Shown one piece after another: positions 37,601-48,900 of a stretch of 64,000 bases of DNA. Source of the DNA: Strigamia acuminata (lineage: Eukaryota); the NCBI GenBank assembly GCA_949358305.1, contig OX442314.1, positions 15,438,001-15,502,000 on the forward strand, in the 5' to 3' direction. The notes under the pieces were generated by a model. It ran no database searches, was not told where the DNA came from, and worked only from the letters and a program-made list of their open reading frames with translations. The translations under genes and the position numbers were made by a program. The number at the start of each line of letters is the position of its first letter. Position 1 is the first letter of the stretch.

Positions 37601-37909
37601 GAACTGTGCGACTGATGATTGTGCCGTGTGGATTAACGGCGCGACACCTATACACGCTCGAATGCACTTCAGCTTGGTACTGATCGGCACCGAACGGCGG
37701 GAACACGAGTGTGGCGTTGGGCAAAACCAGTCGAAGTTGACTCACGTTCGTCACGGGTAAAGACGTTGCTGCGTGAATCCACTGAACGACTGGCAAAGGG
37801 TTACCATGAGCCGAGCACTCCACTGAAGCGCCTGTCGAATTGGAAAAATCTACTGAATTTGGTGGTTGGTAGATGAACACGGGTCCCATTGGGTCAACTG
37901 TAGAGTTCC
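13611..37909 (-). CDS. Dscam: Down syndrome cell adhesion molecule (9 Ig-4 FNIII-Ig-2 FNIII-TM-cytoplasmic tail), non-hypervariable; 5' signal-peptide exon not identified
   Basis: 34 phase-compatible exons: 37909-37589 (Ig1); 33729-33568 and 33063-32914 (Ig2); 32269-32152 and 31847-31669 (Ig3); 31589-31329 (Ig4); 30625-30329 (Ig5); 21656-21546 and 19990-19829 (Ig6); 19770-19483 (Ig7); 19396-19277 and 18710-18546 (Ig8); 18272-18131 and 18075-17927 (Ig9); 17857-17732, 17658-17488, 17424-17354, 17296-17050, 16992-16846, 16678-16514, 16452-16313, 16232-16076 (FN1-4); 16017-15903 and 15842-15688 (Ig10); 15626-15525, 15465-15280, 15212-14916 (FN5-6); 14758-14588 (TM); 14525-14421, 14348-14236, 14180-14093, 14040-13887, 13830-13703, 13645-13611 (tail). 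Hallmarks include [56 protein letters not shown] and ETTFIFP. The last small exon is the least certain. Confidence 0.95.
22491..22562 (+). pseudogene. tRNA-Ser-derived (SINE-head-like) Pol III unit, left arm of palindrome
   Basis: GTAGTGGTGGTCCAGTGGTTAAGGCAATGGACTAG...CAGGTTCAAATCCTG aligns to tRNA-Ser GTAGTCGTGGCCGAGTGGTTAAGGCGATGGACTAG...CAGGTTCGAATCCTG. Box A and box B are retained, part of the anticodon/variable arm is deleted and the acceptor stem is broken. T5 run at 22567-22571. Confidence 0.75.
22734..22805 (-). pseudogene. tRNA-Ser-derived Pol III unit, right arm of palindrome
   Basis: Reverse-complement copy of 22491-22562 with 3 differences, followed by T5 on the minus strand at 22725-22729. 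Confidence 0.75.
24233..24561 (+). repeat. 5' LTR (329 bp)
   Basis: No difference from 29855-30183 found on read-through; begins TGTGAAAACTGG, ends TCTTCAAA, contains AATAAA. Confidence 0.95.
24562..24579 (+). other. Primer-binding site complementary to the tRNA-Phe 3' end
   Basis: TGGTGCCGAAACCCGGGA is the reverse complement of ...TCCCGGGTTTCGGCACCA, the 3' end of eukaryotic tRNA-Phe(GAA). Confidence 0.9.
24661..29859 (+). CDS. BEL/Pao gag-pol polyprotein (gag with triple Zn knuckles, aspartic protease, RT, RNase H, integrase)
   Basis: Uninterrupted ORF with first ATG at 24661. Contains [17 protein letters not shown] (gag), three CCHC knuckles (CVFC, CFRC, CVNC), [10 protein letters not shown] protease, [17 protein letters not shown] and YVDD (RT), [25 protein letters not shown] (RNase H), H-H-C-C plus [19 protein letters not shown] (integrase) and WQKEYL..GRDGRVR C-terminus. 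Confidence 0.96.
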   Translation: MDALDRLRAQQATSREGAKRLCNAVLVELANVAPEILALKRLKNQLLAKSEQLTALDDKISPMIVTRADLEKEESDNEDFRELIIDSLTDIEVKLEELLRPPAPVIPPAIPIGGSATSNSGEGTIKLPKLVMRNFSGNPVEWSKFWSNFELSVHGNGSLTAKAKFVYLNSVLEGTAATVVHGLKISDENYETAVTLLQNRFGRKEVIVNAHIQTLMKLKPVKRVSDLVELRRLYDTCELHIRSLETEEIDTATFGIVLCPLIRNAVPDVIALDFARKNKENTHDMKLFLEFFRAELELREEHVAVSDQTEKPAAKTFVDYKKPTRNDKIASANALTTNVSSSSCVFCDDASHKKEDCPLNIPDRLKRCMTKRTCFRCLGSKHMARSCPQKEKCVNCERFHHILLCETPTTKPETVLVSTLTAAAITAENTDLFLQVLMTNVESNCKTKAVQCMFDGGSHRSFISQKLVNELDAQVVGKQNMQISSFGDSKTESVCRRRVKVTLRNITDTNKFIDLELIEVPRITHSVARQSGPNVREMLRKHKIALNIDQMSTQQDEVAILIGADHFWRIVTGESKRLDEGLMCLHTSLGWTIHGAIRSQDETVRQSATHVNLVQYEDRLDHLLQRFWELEAVGIPHETLTSAQDEDDQAVAKFKESINWTGERYEVRLPWLLDKSELDSNYQIALKRLWNLVRKFKQNPDLYHRYKKVLDDQKIAGIIETAPEVANQTGCYYLPHRPVIRERRSTTKLRIVYDASSHAQKSRSLNDCLFTGPNLLPELINALLFFRQFIVALIGDIKQAFHQILLALADRDAVRFLWIADGWDVEGPIVLEILRQTRVLFGASPSPYLLNGTIQHHLEQYADRFPELIMKLLKRFYVDDFLNSEKTTTEAIDVYKKTSTIMLEANMELVKWYSNSPVLREQFAADHPTATFEDEQKVLGLKWNGVRDDLSLELEDVRATLERDSNTKRQVIQLVAQIFDPLGFASPFTVSGKLFFQQLWKLQIGWDNRVPLELIEQWEKWKVQLPLLEHIRVPRHFGLDADLNNHEIHLFCDASPLAYGVVAYNRVRHPNGSCNVFFILSKCRIAPIKTITLPRLELMGALLLARIAHRLKQFTTAKVTAWTDSTIVLCWLNEKRKAIPFVARRVEEIQIHVPFSSWRHCPGVQNPADLLTRGIDAEALIQANTWWNGPEWLVKDENEWPDIKIDENSDEIDSEDYLAAAAVIPEPPLMDEPSKYGSWRRLVRVTGWVQRFVKNTRDKVRNGAPLTVDELSAAELYWLRVMQQSNFATELAALSHRQEFAHNSFLNKVSCYIDENGLMRLNTRLRWAKIDSNMKNPYVLPSNHILTTLIVSEAHQRIFHGGLGETLAEIRQKFWMPKLRRTVKSVLHKCFVCKRVQGRFVRQTESSLPPDRVTQAEPFQVVGVDFAGPLYQRSGEKCYIVVFTCAVVRAVHLELVSSMNTERFIQALKRFFARRGVPSTIYSDNALTFKRTEKELCVLLNAVRGEQIQGFLTERGVKWQYIVERAPWWGGFWERMVKSTKSSLKKVLGKSSLDFEELTTILSEVESCINSRPLSYVYTEDEDSHPLTPAHFLVGKRSCTLPDPSQKTIQQLPSTSVTILKRWKLRQLKLGHWWTRWQKEYLTELRVHRKNDKNSREVKQGDVVLVEELNQPRMTWKIGRVVEIFRGRDGRVRACEIKLPVGKNLRRPVQRLCVLETHDMEELSGDTTPAPV
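29855..30183 (+). repeat. 3' LTR (329 bp)
   Basis: Direct repeat of 24233-24561; contains the gag-pol stop codon (TGA 29857-29859). Confidence 0.95.
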
Positions 37910-39887
37910 CTGTTTAAAATAAACAAAACAATCGTTGATTACTTATTCATAGTTACATTTTAAACACTTTAAACACACTGTTCGCTACCGTCAACAACCG
38001 TATCGATTAAAATTATATTTACAACAACTTGAAAACAAACTAAGAATTATGTTTATCTTATAAACTAGATGTTTAGTTTATAACGGCAGAACATAAACAC
38101 ATTCGAAAGTGCAAACAGAAATTTAAAAGCAAAGTTTGAAATCTTGTAAACACTTTTGAATGATAGATTAAACTACTGCAAAGCTACATGAAAATGTAAA
38201 TATTTAAACTAAACAAAATGGAAGCAGTAACAACACAGCAAACATATTATGTTGTAAACAAATTTAAGATAGTCTACAATCATCCGTAACACACAACGTA
38301 AAACGTAAAAATTCTCATTATTTTTTTTAAAATCTAGAATAGCAAAGAATGATATGTCAACGTTCTACTGTTCATTTGCCATTTTTCATCCCCTACATCA
38401 CTTGTTCCGTCGAGTCCTAACACGTAAAAACAATAAGATTTATGATAATGATCTTTCGCTTAAATAAACTTGGATCAAACTCCCTCATTAATGCATCCTC
38501 GTGATTAATGCGACATTTTAAAATGAAGCCGCGTGTTCGCTTGACGAATTGAGCTCATTTCTTAACTTCATGCACTGGCAATCACATTAAACACCCGCTA
38601 AACTTAAAAAAAAAATTACCAAACGTCGTAGTACGTTTCTAGTAAATATTTCTTTCCCCCCTCAAACTCCAACAACTCTGCTATTTAATGCGTGACATTC
38701 CTCCCTTGTTTACATCTTCGAGCAGACAAATTACGCAGCATCATTTGTAGGGGAAAAAATCCTTTAATTAGTGGAAACAAGAAGCAGTGCAATGCAATCT
38801 CTCGTTGTTTTTCTTCTCTCGTCATTTTCATTTTTATTCAAAAGATGTTTGTCACTGACCAGAATATTTATGCTACTCGTAGGTTGGTGGGCGAGTTGAC
38901 TAAATTCCTTTCCGGTTTGCATAATGACAGTAATGACCCTGCACGTAAGCAGATCTTCTGCTGACAGGTGGAAAGGCGGCTTCACGCAATACACTGCTGC
39001 TCTAAAGGGCACATGCAATGAGCTTTGCTATTTGAAAACAGGAAATTACTATGCTATTGCTTGCCAACCGTGTGCTAGAGGTTGGAATCGTCAAGTTTGA
39101 GAAAACCCGGAATTAAACTCTCCGCTGGAGGTTGCATAGGAAAAATCGTTACGTGATGTTTGTTTGTCTCTGTGCGCAGATTAAGTTTAATCCAATAGGC
39201 AAAGGCGCAGGTGTTGTTGATCTTCATTCCCAAATTAGAAAAAGTTGCAACAACACGTTAAAGACAAACTATTAGTAGAAATATGAAATACGAAATGCCC
39301 TCGGCATGTTTCGTTGTCATCATTGGGTTCACGACTTCTTACACTACAGCCCGAGATTCAACAGCTTTCTTTTTTCGATATAATAGAAAAGGCCTTGTTT
39401 CCCAATGGAAGTCATTCATTTAAAAAAAAAGGTCGCGACCTTAGCAAGACATCTCCACCATTGCTGATGGATTCAAAGCACACCTGCGTCCCTTCCTTTT
39501 CTACTTTTACACAAGTCACGACCCGCACTCCTTCTTCTCTCCCTTGCCTTCCTGCGCAACCGGAGAAGGAGAAGAAAAAAAAGAAAAAGAAAAAACTCAG
39601 TGCAGGTTCTCTCCCAATGGAATTGCCTTAGCCTCCATCTTGAACATCGAAAGAAAACTAAATCAGGAAGCATAAAAAAACCATCAAATATGCCAAGAAA
39701 AAATAGATGGAAAGTGAAAACGAGGTCGCTTGACCGAAATGGATGTCGGTATGCCTTGAATTCCTATTCCTCAAATTATTCACCTCCCCTTCAAGAGTGA
39801 AATTGAGTTCATACATATAAAATCAAATTTAAATGTTACAACAAAAATTGATTTCTTTTGGGGCTTTCTAAACTCGCATTCCGTATA

Positions 39888-39900
39888 CTGCCACCTAGTA
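39888..39900 (-). promoter_or_regulatory. Weaker CTCF-like motif upstream of the Dscam Ig1 exon
   Basis: Minus strand reads TACTAGGTGGCAG. Confidence 0.3.
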
Positions 39901-42900
39901 TCGCTATTCAACATCCATTGGGAGATAGTATCGTATCGTATTATTAGGTCGACATTTAATTAATAGTGTCCCTCGACAGGTCTTGCTAACACCAATCGCT
40001 TTCCCATTTTGTTGTGCGAACAATTGCGTTTTGAGACGTGGCACTACAACTACTTTTCTTGTTCACTTCAGTAATTGGTGTTAGGGACGGGGTTAATTAC
40101 GTGATGGGTCTGCGTAATCTTTCAGCAGAGTGGGAATGGCACAAAGTAGAGATTTCCTTCTACACATTTCTTCTCGGTGATAATTACTGGAGTCAGGGCA
40201 AAAGTTGACACTCAGCATTAAACAAAAATCTGCAAAAAATAATTAGTCGTGCAACTCATTAGAATAGAAACAGGATAAATCCATTAACCAAGTGAGAAAT
40301 TTAATGATGATTTTTCTTTATTTTTAAAAAAACATATATCTTTGCGAGGCTTACTTTCGTCCGTAAACTCATTAAGATCAATGATGAAGCTAAATTTCAC
40401 TCTTTTTTTTCTTTTATTTTTGTCAGTATTTTTTTATATTATTATTCACAGTGCTATAATGACATCAGATGACATCGCTCGTAGAAAAGAACACGCCCAA
40501 GTGCAAAGCATTAATCTCCTTGAATTAATATTAAATTATTCAATGGTAAAGTTATTTATGGTAGGAAATAAAATAAAAAAAAAGGAAAGTGGAAATTTGT
40601 TTCTGCAATATGTTTCACTTGTTAAAAAATATCAATAAATAAGTAATCTTGTATAGCAAAATAAAGAATGTAGATAAACTAAGGAGGAAAATGCAAAGAA
40701 GGATAAACTACATATCCTAGGGTAGATAAGACATGATGAATTAAAATTAAAATTGATCACCTAATCCTCTTTCTTAAACGAGGATATAAAAAACCCTAAT
40801 GAGTTACGTGAAATAATGAGATAGGCGGATAAAACGAAAAAAACTCTGCTTAGATGGATCACTGTGACTTGTAGATGTATAAAAAAAAAAAACTAAATTC
40901 CATGCGATTGCTTTTGACCAATTTCATTTTCCACCAACTTTCTTTGTTGTAACTCCCAAAGGCAATAGTTGCCGTCTGAAGCCGTCTGTGATGAGAAAAT
41001 CTTTATAGATTAAAGTCTTATAGATTATTCAGTAACGCAATACAGATTGGTGATCTCTTTAAAAAGAATTATTATTATGAAAAATTCGATTTTTTTTTCT
41101 CTCCAAAATTCTATGAAAACAAAAAAAAGTAAATAAACAAACAAAACAAGAAAAAATTGCAGGAAACAATTCTACAAAACTGCCAGAACCTTAATGAACA
41201 ATTTATGAGTTTCAATGTTTCGTGATTTCTTTTCCTGATTACTAATGCATTTTAATTGCACCAGCCATTATTTATTCAGTAAAACAATCATTCTTTATTG
41301 CATTTTTTCTTAGCATTGGCGTAACAAAGAATCTTGTAAATAATTAAGCATTTAAAACAAAATTTAAATGAAAAAAATTGTTATCGTTTCTACACTACTG
41401 TGTTTATGGGTTCAATTTGACTTTACATTATCCGGGACTCGTGATTAAGTCGCCCAATGTAAATCTCATCTTGAGCAACACGGTAAAAAAAGATAGTGGG
41501 CTAGCAGCGAGTCTTCATCTTGTGTGAAAATCTCGTCGTCTTTCCTAATTGGAGATTCACCAAATTGTGTGGTAGAGAGTCTGTTCTCGTACACGGAAAA
41601 TAGGAGATAGCGAGTCGCGTTTAAAAATTAGCCCCCATTAATGAGTGCCGAGGAGATGTGTCACTATATCATCCGATATCAGCTGAGTTCACTGGCTGAT
41701 TTCCTCGGGGAAGTCACCAAGGCACAAGAGCTAGTTAGTCGTCGTTGCTTGTGCTCTTAAAACTCCTTCCTTTTGCCTCCTTATTCATTATCTCTCGTCC
41801 CCTAATGCCCTTCATCTTTCACTCTCAACCTACAACTGTTTGATTACAAGAGTCTCTGGGCGATTCTCAAACAACTCCTGATCAATAGACTAAAGATACT
41901 GCTTTTATCCTCTCAACTTTATCAATTAACCACTCCATTTCTTTTCATTTCATTCAATTAGCATATGAAAAAAATCTTTTCATTTCTTCACATTACCAGG
42001 TACTCAGGCGTTTCACACCTTCAAGCGCGATCAGATAAAGTAGTGGTTGAAATATTCTTTTGAGCAAAACTATTTATATTCAGCTTTCTCGCTTTCAATC
42101 AATAGCGCAAAAATGATTTATACATTGATTCTTCCTAGACTTTTAACGTGGAATTCCCGCATTTTGACAAATCCTCAGCACTTTATATTTGCTCCACGCC
42201 TGAAAGAAAATTAAAAACAAACCAAAAGCGGTAAAATTTGTCTGTATTTCAATACCAATAAATATCCCCACCACAACAACTACCAATAAAATACCCACTT
42301 TGTACAACATAAATTTCTATCCACACAACACTCAATCATCGAACCTAGCCGGTCAAAAAAGCAACAGGCACAGAAAAAATTAACCGCATAGGAATTTTTT
42401 TTCCTTCACTCTCAAGTATAATATTTGAACCGTGCACAAACTGATTTATTCTCCTTTTCCTCGTTGCATAAAACATGTACCCAGAGGATATCACTTTTCC
42501 TTTATCTGTGCTTGTTGACGTGCACGAGGATTGCCTTTAGCAGTGCATATACTTTGATAAACAACCATTGAACTACAAGGGCGTCTAACAAGACATACAC
42601 CAACTTAGGTTACTGTCATTCACATAATCTTCTCTATCTATCTTTTCTATTCACTCTTCCTCAACTCAAGATTTGAGGTTTTTCCTCCCTCCCCATCCCC
42701 CTCCTTCCTTTGGTGTGCCACTGATGACTCTATTGTGTCATAATGTATGATGATCGTCTAAGCACAATATGAATTTCCTATTACAAATCATGACTTTCTC
42801 AACCCTTCAACACTTCCTTTTCTTTCAGAAAATAATAGTAGAACATACCATTGTGTAGTGCCATAAAACTCCACTTTTTTCCCCCTTACACAATCATTTC

Positions 42901-45900
42901 TACAGAAAGTACTTAGAAACCTGACGCATAAAATAAAAGGAAAAATACAAAGATATAATAGCTAGCATGCTCCACTTTTCTTTAACTAGTACTCGTCCAT
43001 TGGGTAAAGAATCAAAATAATTGGGCCGTAGTGGTCGTACCGTGTATTTTTGTGATTGGCCAATCAGTCTTGTTGTGATTGATTAATCAATAATCATTCT
43101 GGTTGTGATTGGTCAATCACAAAATCGGGGAGATTGGCCAAACCCCGATCTCACTCCACTCCCACAAGTCCAATGCGTTGGAAGATGTAGTCGACTGAGT
43201 CAGTCACGAGTTAATCAGTGTTAGTGGCGTATCATTTGTATGTCCTGTCTGTACAGATGTGTACAATTAACTTGTCTATGGCCAAACAAGCCTAAGTTAT
43301 TGTATTTTAGCAATTTTAAATGGTAACGATCGATATTAGATACGAGATCTAACAATAAATAAATAGTGGAAAAACATTTCTCATCCGAAAAATAAGAAAC
43401 ATGTCAAAATATTAGCTTTCGTGTTTTATGGCGATAAATCACACGAAACTCGCAATTATTTCGGTCTTTTAATAGCCATCTTCAGGTCTCTGGAGGCTTT
43501 TTTTTTTAAGTTTCACATTTTTTTTCTACGAAGTCTCCACTCCTGTTTTTAAAACAAAAGATATAAAAGTGAATAGGTTAAAAAATTCTTTCCAATATTA
43601 TAGCCTATAGTGCTGAATACGAGGCCATTCAACGTTTTACTCACGTTTCTCTTTATGGCGTTATTACGAGCGACAGATGGCGTTGGTCACGGTATAATTG
43701 GTGACATTACTGGCTTCCTTTGCGGGGGCTTAGTTACTATTAAGAAATTGCCGGGCACACATCCAAAACTTCCTGACTCGCTGCTCTCTATTTGGCCACA
43801 AACTATTGTCCAAATCATTCCCTCGTATGAGATATATTCGTCTTAATCACGAAAGCAACCGGTGGCAAATTACCGTGTGTTGGACTTAAAGCCTTTCAAG
43901 TTTCAATTTTATAAACACCACTTTAACTAAAATGAATCTTAAATGTCAGGTGCAATGGTGCATTGATCAGGTGAAGCATGTCAAGAACTTTCATACACGA
44001 GCCATGTATAATTAATGTTATCTTTCCAGTCCACTATCCAATTAACTTGCCACCCTAATATTCAGTGACATCAGATTATTTCTCAAGTTAGCGGACAAGA
44101 AACAGGAAATCTTTTAGATTTGAAATTGCTTTAATTAATTACATGCCACTTATCAACTTTTCAAACTAATTATTTTGCATCTGAAGGGCTCTCTGAATTT
44201 AAATCAAACATCAAAAAGTCTTTTGATATAAAGTGATAATAAAAAAATAACTTGTTTCTAATTTTTCCAATTTTTATTTGTTCACAAATTGAAAAAAAAA
44301 AATCAATTTATTTGCCTATTTCACAACAGTGTAAATGTTTTAAAATCATTTCGAAAGATGTAAGAATCTGCCATAGTCTTTAGCGGTGGCCTTGTCGATT
44401 GTCTCTTTCTATATAAAAGGTCAAAAGCTTATGATTCTTGTCAGACTCCTCCTAATTGTAGTCGTGCATTTATTGCCAAACGATTTCCCCCTTTTGTGTT
44501 TGCAAACTAACAGAAATTAAGACAAATGCAAGGAAGTAGGATTAGACTCGACATGTCGTATTTACTTTCAAGTCACAACATCTAACACACACACAAGAAA
44601 ACACCCATTCTGAAATAATTTTTAATTCCCTCAGTTTTATTCAAATATGCGTAGCGTGTAATGGGGAAGCTACTCGGCGGTCAATGTTTCGCCCATGACC
44701 AATCAATACAAATACAATCAAAATACAAAAAATAGTTGAAAAATAGTTGTAAAGGAAAACCTACTGGTCATGCATATTGCATCGGATGAGATAAGAGAGA
44801 TCAATTAAGACGTTGGAAAAAATTAGAAGACAATGAGAGAATTTGGACAATGCATGTGTAGAAAGCGAGTTGGACAAGGAACATTAGCGTGCAATCATCG
44901 CAAAAGCGCTCGTTATTCTGGGTGGAACATGGATTTTCTCCAACTGGAGAAACGAGCGACGTGTGATGTAGTTACAAAGCTTAAAACGATAAACATATTA
45001 AGTTCAAGAAAGAATATTCATTATCGCAGAAAGCGATGTTAGTGTAGGATGAATGTTGATGACCATCGTTTTATATAACTTAAGTTAAACGCAATTATGT
45101 TAAGATTTTCGTGAAATCGGTGAGTGTGGTACTGTACCCGTATTACCCATATTAAACTAGACCCAGTTGTGTATGGGGTCGCAGCAAAATTGCTTCACAT
45201 GTCATTTTTTTTCGTGAGATTGCAGAAAATGCTGTTGTGTGAGCTAAAGATTGATGAGAGTAGGGTAATTACTTTAACCACAATATGTGACGCGGGTTTT
45301 GATGGCAAAGGACAAAGGAAGTAACTCCACCCACATACCAAAAGCGAACATTAAAAAGAAAAAAAAACTCCCGAAGGAAAAAAAATAATTTAAAAAAAAA
45401 AAAAAATTGATTCATAATTTACAAGTCAGTCTTTTAATTCTATTTTTTTTTGTGTTATTTTTTTTCCTAATTTAATTTGCCCGTCCCAATTGAATCGCTA
45501 ATTGAAAAGGACGTCGAGCATCATCAATTCTCGTCATCATCAATATTATTAAATCGTCCATTTGCACTAACCAACATCCACCCAATACTACTTAAACCTT
45601 TTCACTGTACACCAAATTGAAATATTGCTAAAATTAAAAAAAAAAAAAAATACTCCTTTCACTTTTGATCAACATCTTCAATTTTTTCCATCTCGACAAG
45701 GCCAAAGTAGAAAATAATTGGTTGGATATTTTTTTTTTTACTCTGCCCAACTCTTTTACACCCTACATTAAAGAGAAGCAAACGGAAGTTAAAAAAAGAG
45801 ACGAAACAAAGTACTTTGAAGAAAAGAGGAAAAAGAAATGCACAAAAAATAACAGTGTAATTGATTGAGCACGGAGACCTTTTACATCCATTCTAAAAGC

Positions 45901-48900
45901 CAGAGATTTGCCACGAAAGAAAATGGCGAAGGGAAACGCCCAGTGGAAGGCGCCACAGACACAATTAAAAAGGGTGAGCGAATCCAAAGCTACAAGGGTC
46001 ATTAATCATCCCAGTGAAACCTCTTGCATAATTCACAAGAATAACATAATCCACCCTGGGATTTTCTTGGTTGCGCCAAGAGATTCAATCTTCGAATTTC
46101 CAAAGAAATTGGTCGAAAACATAAAAAAGAAAAATGAAATGAAATAAAATTATACGACACCTTACACCACAAAGCATTGTTACTTTCTTAAATAAAGAAA
46201 ATGACAAAAAAAAGATAGTAAAGACAATTTTGTTGCAGTGTTTTCAACAAATTTTTTCAAGCGGCAAATAGGAAATGATTCAATGAAGCGACAGTAATTC
46301 ATGAACATTTCTTCTTATTACGCAGGTCACCCCGAGAGACCACAATGTCGGAAACATAAATTTTTCACTTTTTATTACTTCTGATGTCCTCACAATTGAA
46401 GTGACCCCACTAGGTTGAGAAAAGTAACAAAAAGAAACTAGATACTGACCGAGCCTGACATCTTGCACACGACTGATGGATGGAGACCTAAACTCTCAAC
46501 TAACTGTATTTTATCGCGTTATGACTAATTCTAGATATCAATCATGTAAGCTGTTGTTAGAAAAGTGTTTCAAGATAAATTCGCCAGCTGAAAGATACAT
46601 ATGAAAAAAAATGGTCCCACTAAATCTACACTGAACGTATGAAATTGGTTCGAAGGTTTTTCTAATAGAATCTTTTTCCTTCCTAACTGATAGTAAATTC
46701 TACAGTAAAAAATTGTAAGAAAAAATATATATTTTTTTAAATTTACAGCTGCGTTCGAAATAAAACTGGGTAGTAAACTAGATAGTAATTACACAATTAG
46801 TGCGTAATTTACTTCATGTTAAGATTACACAAGTTGAATTTGGAAAGCATTTAAGTATTAATCTTAAGCTCAATCTAAAAATTCCAAATGAGTTTAATCT
46901 GGAACATTTAAAATGTCGTATTAAAATGAAAAATTACACTCAAGTGATACTTCCTGTCAGTGTACATCTCTACTATCAAACAAAAGACAAAGAAAAGACT
47001 CCGAAGAAACCCAAGGCCATCTAGAACCATAAATTAGCGAATTCTTATTGGTTCTTTTATTAAATTCCCAACCGGAATTCTTATCAAAGTTTTTGGATTA
47101 CATATATCAACGCTTAACACACTACGGCACACACTATGGATCATATTGTTTGTTACTTTGTTTACTCTGGAAATTTAAGCTCAGATATTACCGTTTGCAT
47201 TGCATAAATTAAGATTAAATCTGTTTTGTTTACTCTGCATTTCTGAGTAGATTACGGATGAAATGTGCAATTGCGAGCGACTAAATACCCGAGTTTAGCT
47301 ACAACTTGCCATCGATTTGCTTGAGACTAATTCTCCGTGTTCATATTACAATTGGATACTCGGAAAAATATTTTCATGAAAACTCATTACTTATTATTAT
47401 TACTACAGCGTTTTAAATTAAGATTGCAAATAAAAATACTAAAAAAAAATTACTCCATGTATTATAAAAATATCTTTAAGTGTCGTCTAGGGGGATTTGA
47501 ATAAATTATTTCGAGCAGACAAACAATAATTTTACGTGCAGAAAATTTCACGTCAATCATATGTAGGTGTGATATAACTTTACGCCGAGTGTATTCAAAC
47601 GCTGAACATCTGTGCAAAATTAAAACCCAATCAAGGCTATGAACCATAGAGCTCCCTCTTCGCTCCCTTTTCTTGCTTGTTGAGCCTAATGAGTTAGGGG
47701 GAAGGGAGTACTTTGAAAAGCGTGGAAACTTTGAAAATCTAATTTACGATAAAAAAGACTTAATTAAAACGGGATTATCTCATGTCAAAAACTAAATCAC
47801 TGCACATGCGCAAACTACCAACTCTGAAAGTGAAATAATTTATTGAAGAAGTTTAAAAGAGCATTTTATTTCAGAAAAAAACGAGACAAAGTAAAACTAT
47901 AATTTCTCAAGAACGAAAAGGACAACGAGAAAAGCGATTTCTGTATGTCATACTCAAAAAAAAAAATTTTCCAAAAAAATTAAAAAAAAAAGAAAAAAAA
48001 AAGAAAAGAAAAGAAAAAAAACTACACAATACAGTGCACAAATTTCTCACCCCAGCCACGCTTTTCGATGGTTCGCCATTCATTTGGGCAAAAAGAAACG
48101 CTTGGCTGTCACACGTTTGATGAATGGCACGTATGTGCGACTAGCAAGACTCGAGACATTCTCGAAATACTTTCACTTGTGTATACACAGAGAAAGAAAA
48201 CTTTCAAATGCTTTTCAAAAAGAAGCAAAGAACATTGCAAAGGAACACGCAATAAAAATAGCACAGACGCCATCTATGAAATTGAATTAATGCATCATGG
48301 CCCATATACAGTGGCAATGCGTGTACAAAAAGTGCTCTTGTCTAGAAAATTTTCGCCGCCTACATACTTTTTCCTAACTCGAAAAAAATAAAAAGAAAAA
48401 AAGTACAACTTTTATATTCTCTCTCTCTTTAACTCCAAGTAAAACTCCTTTAAATTTACACCAAAGACACACTTAAAGGGTTGAGTTATTGTGGTCACGG
48501 CTTTGCTGATAGCAGATAGGAGATAGTTTATACAGCAAAGAGACTGCTTCTCCTTCCCCCGAGAAGTCTTTGTCAGTTTCCGGTTTAAAACCTCCGTCTA
48601 CCACATCAGCTGGTCTCACCTGACATGCCAATAATCAGCTGCCAAAGCGATTGCAGTCCCAGCAGGGAATATTGACTCAAGCCCCCTCTAGCCTCCCAAC
48701 ACCACCCCCGCACTTCCTCTGATCTACTCTGATAATCGCTGGCATGGAGCTGTCACTCTACTTTTGTTCCAGCCGTATTGCAACTAGTAATGAAACCGGA
48801 GGCATCACATACTTGCTGCCTCTCTCCTACTCATTTCAAGTGGACTCGAGCAAACTACAAGCTGGATTTTATCCCTGTTCACCATTTCCATCACACGGTA

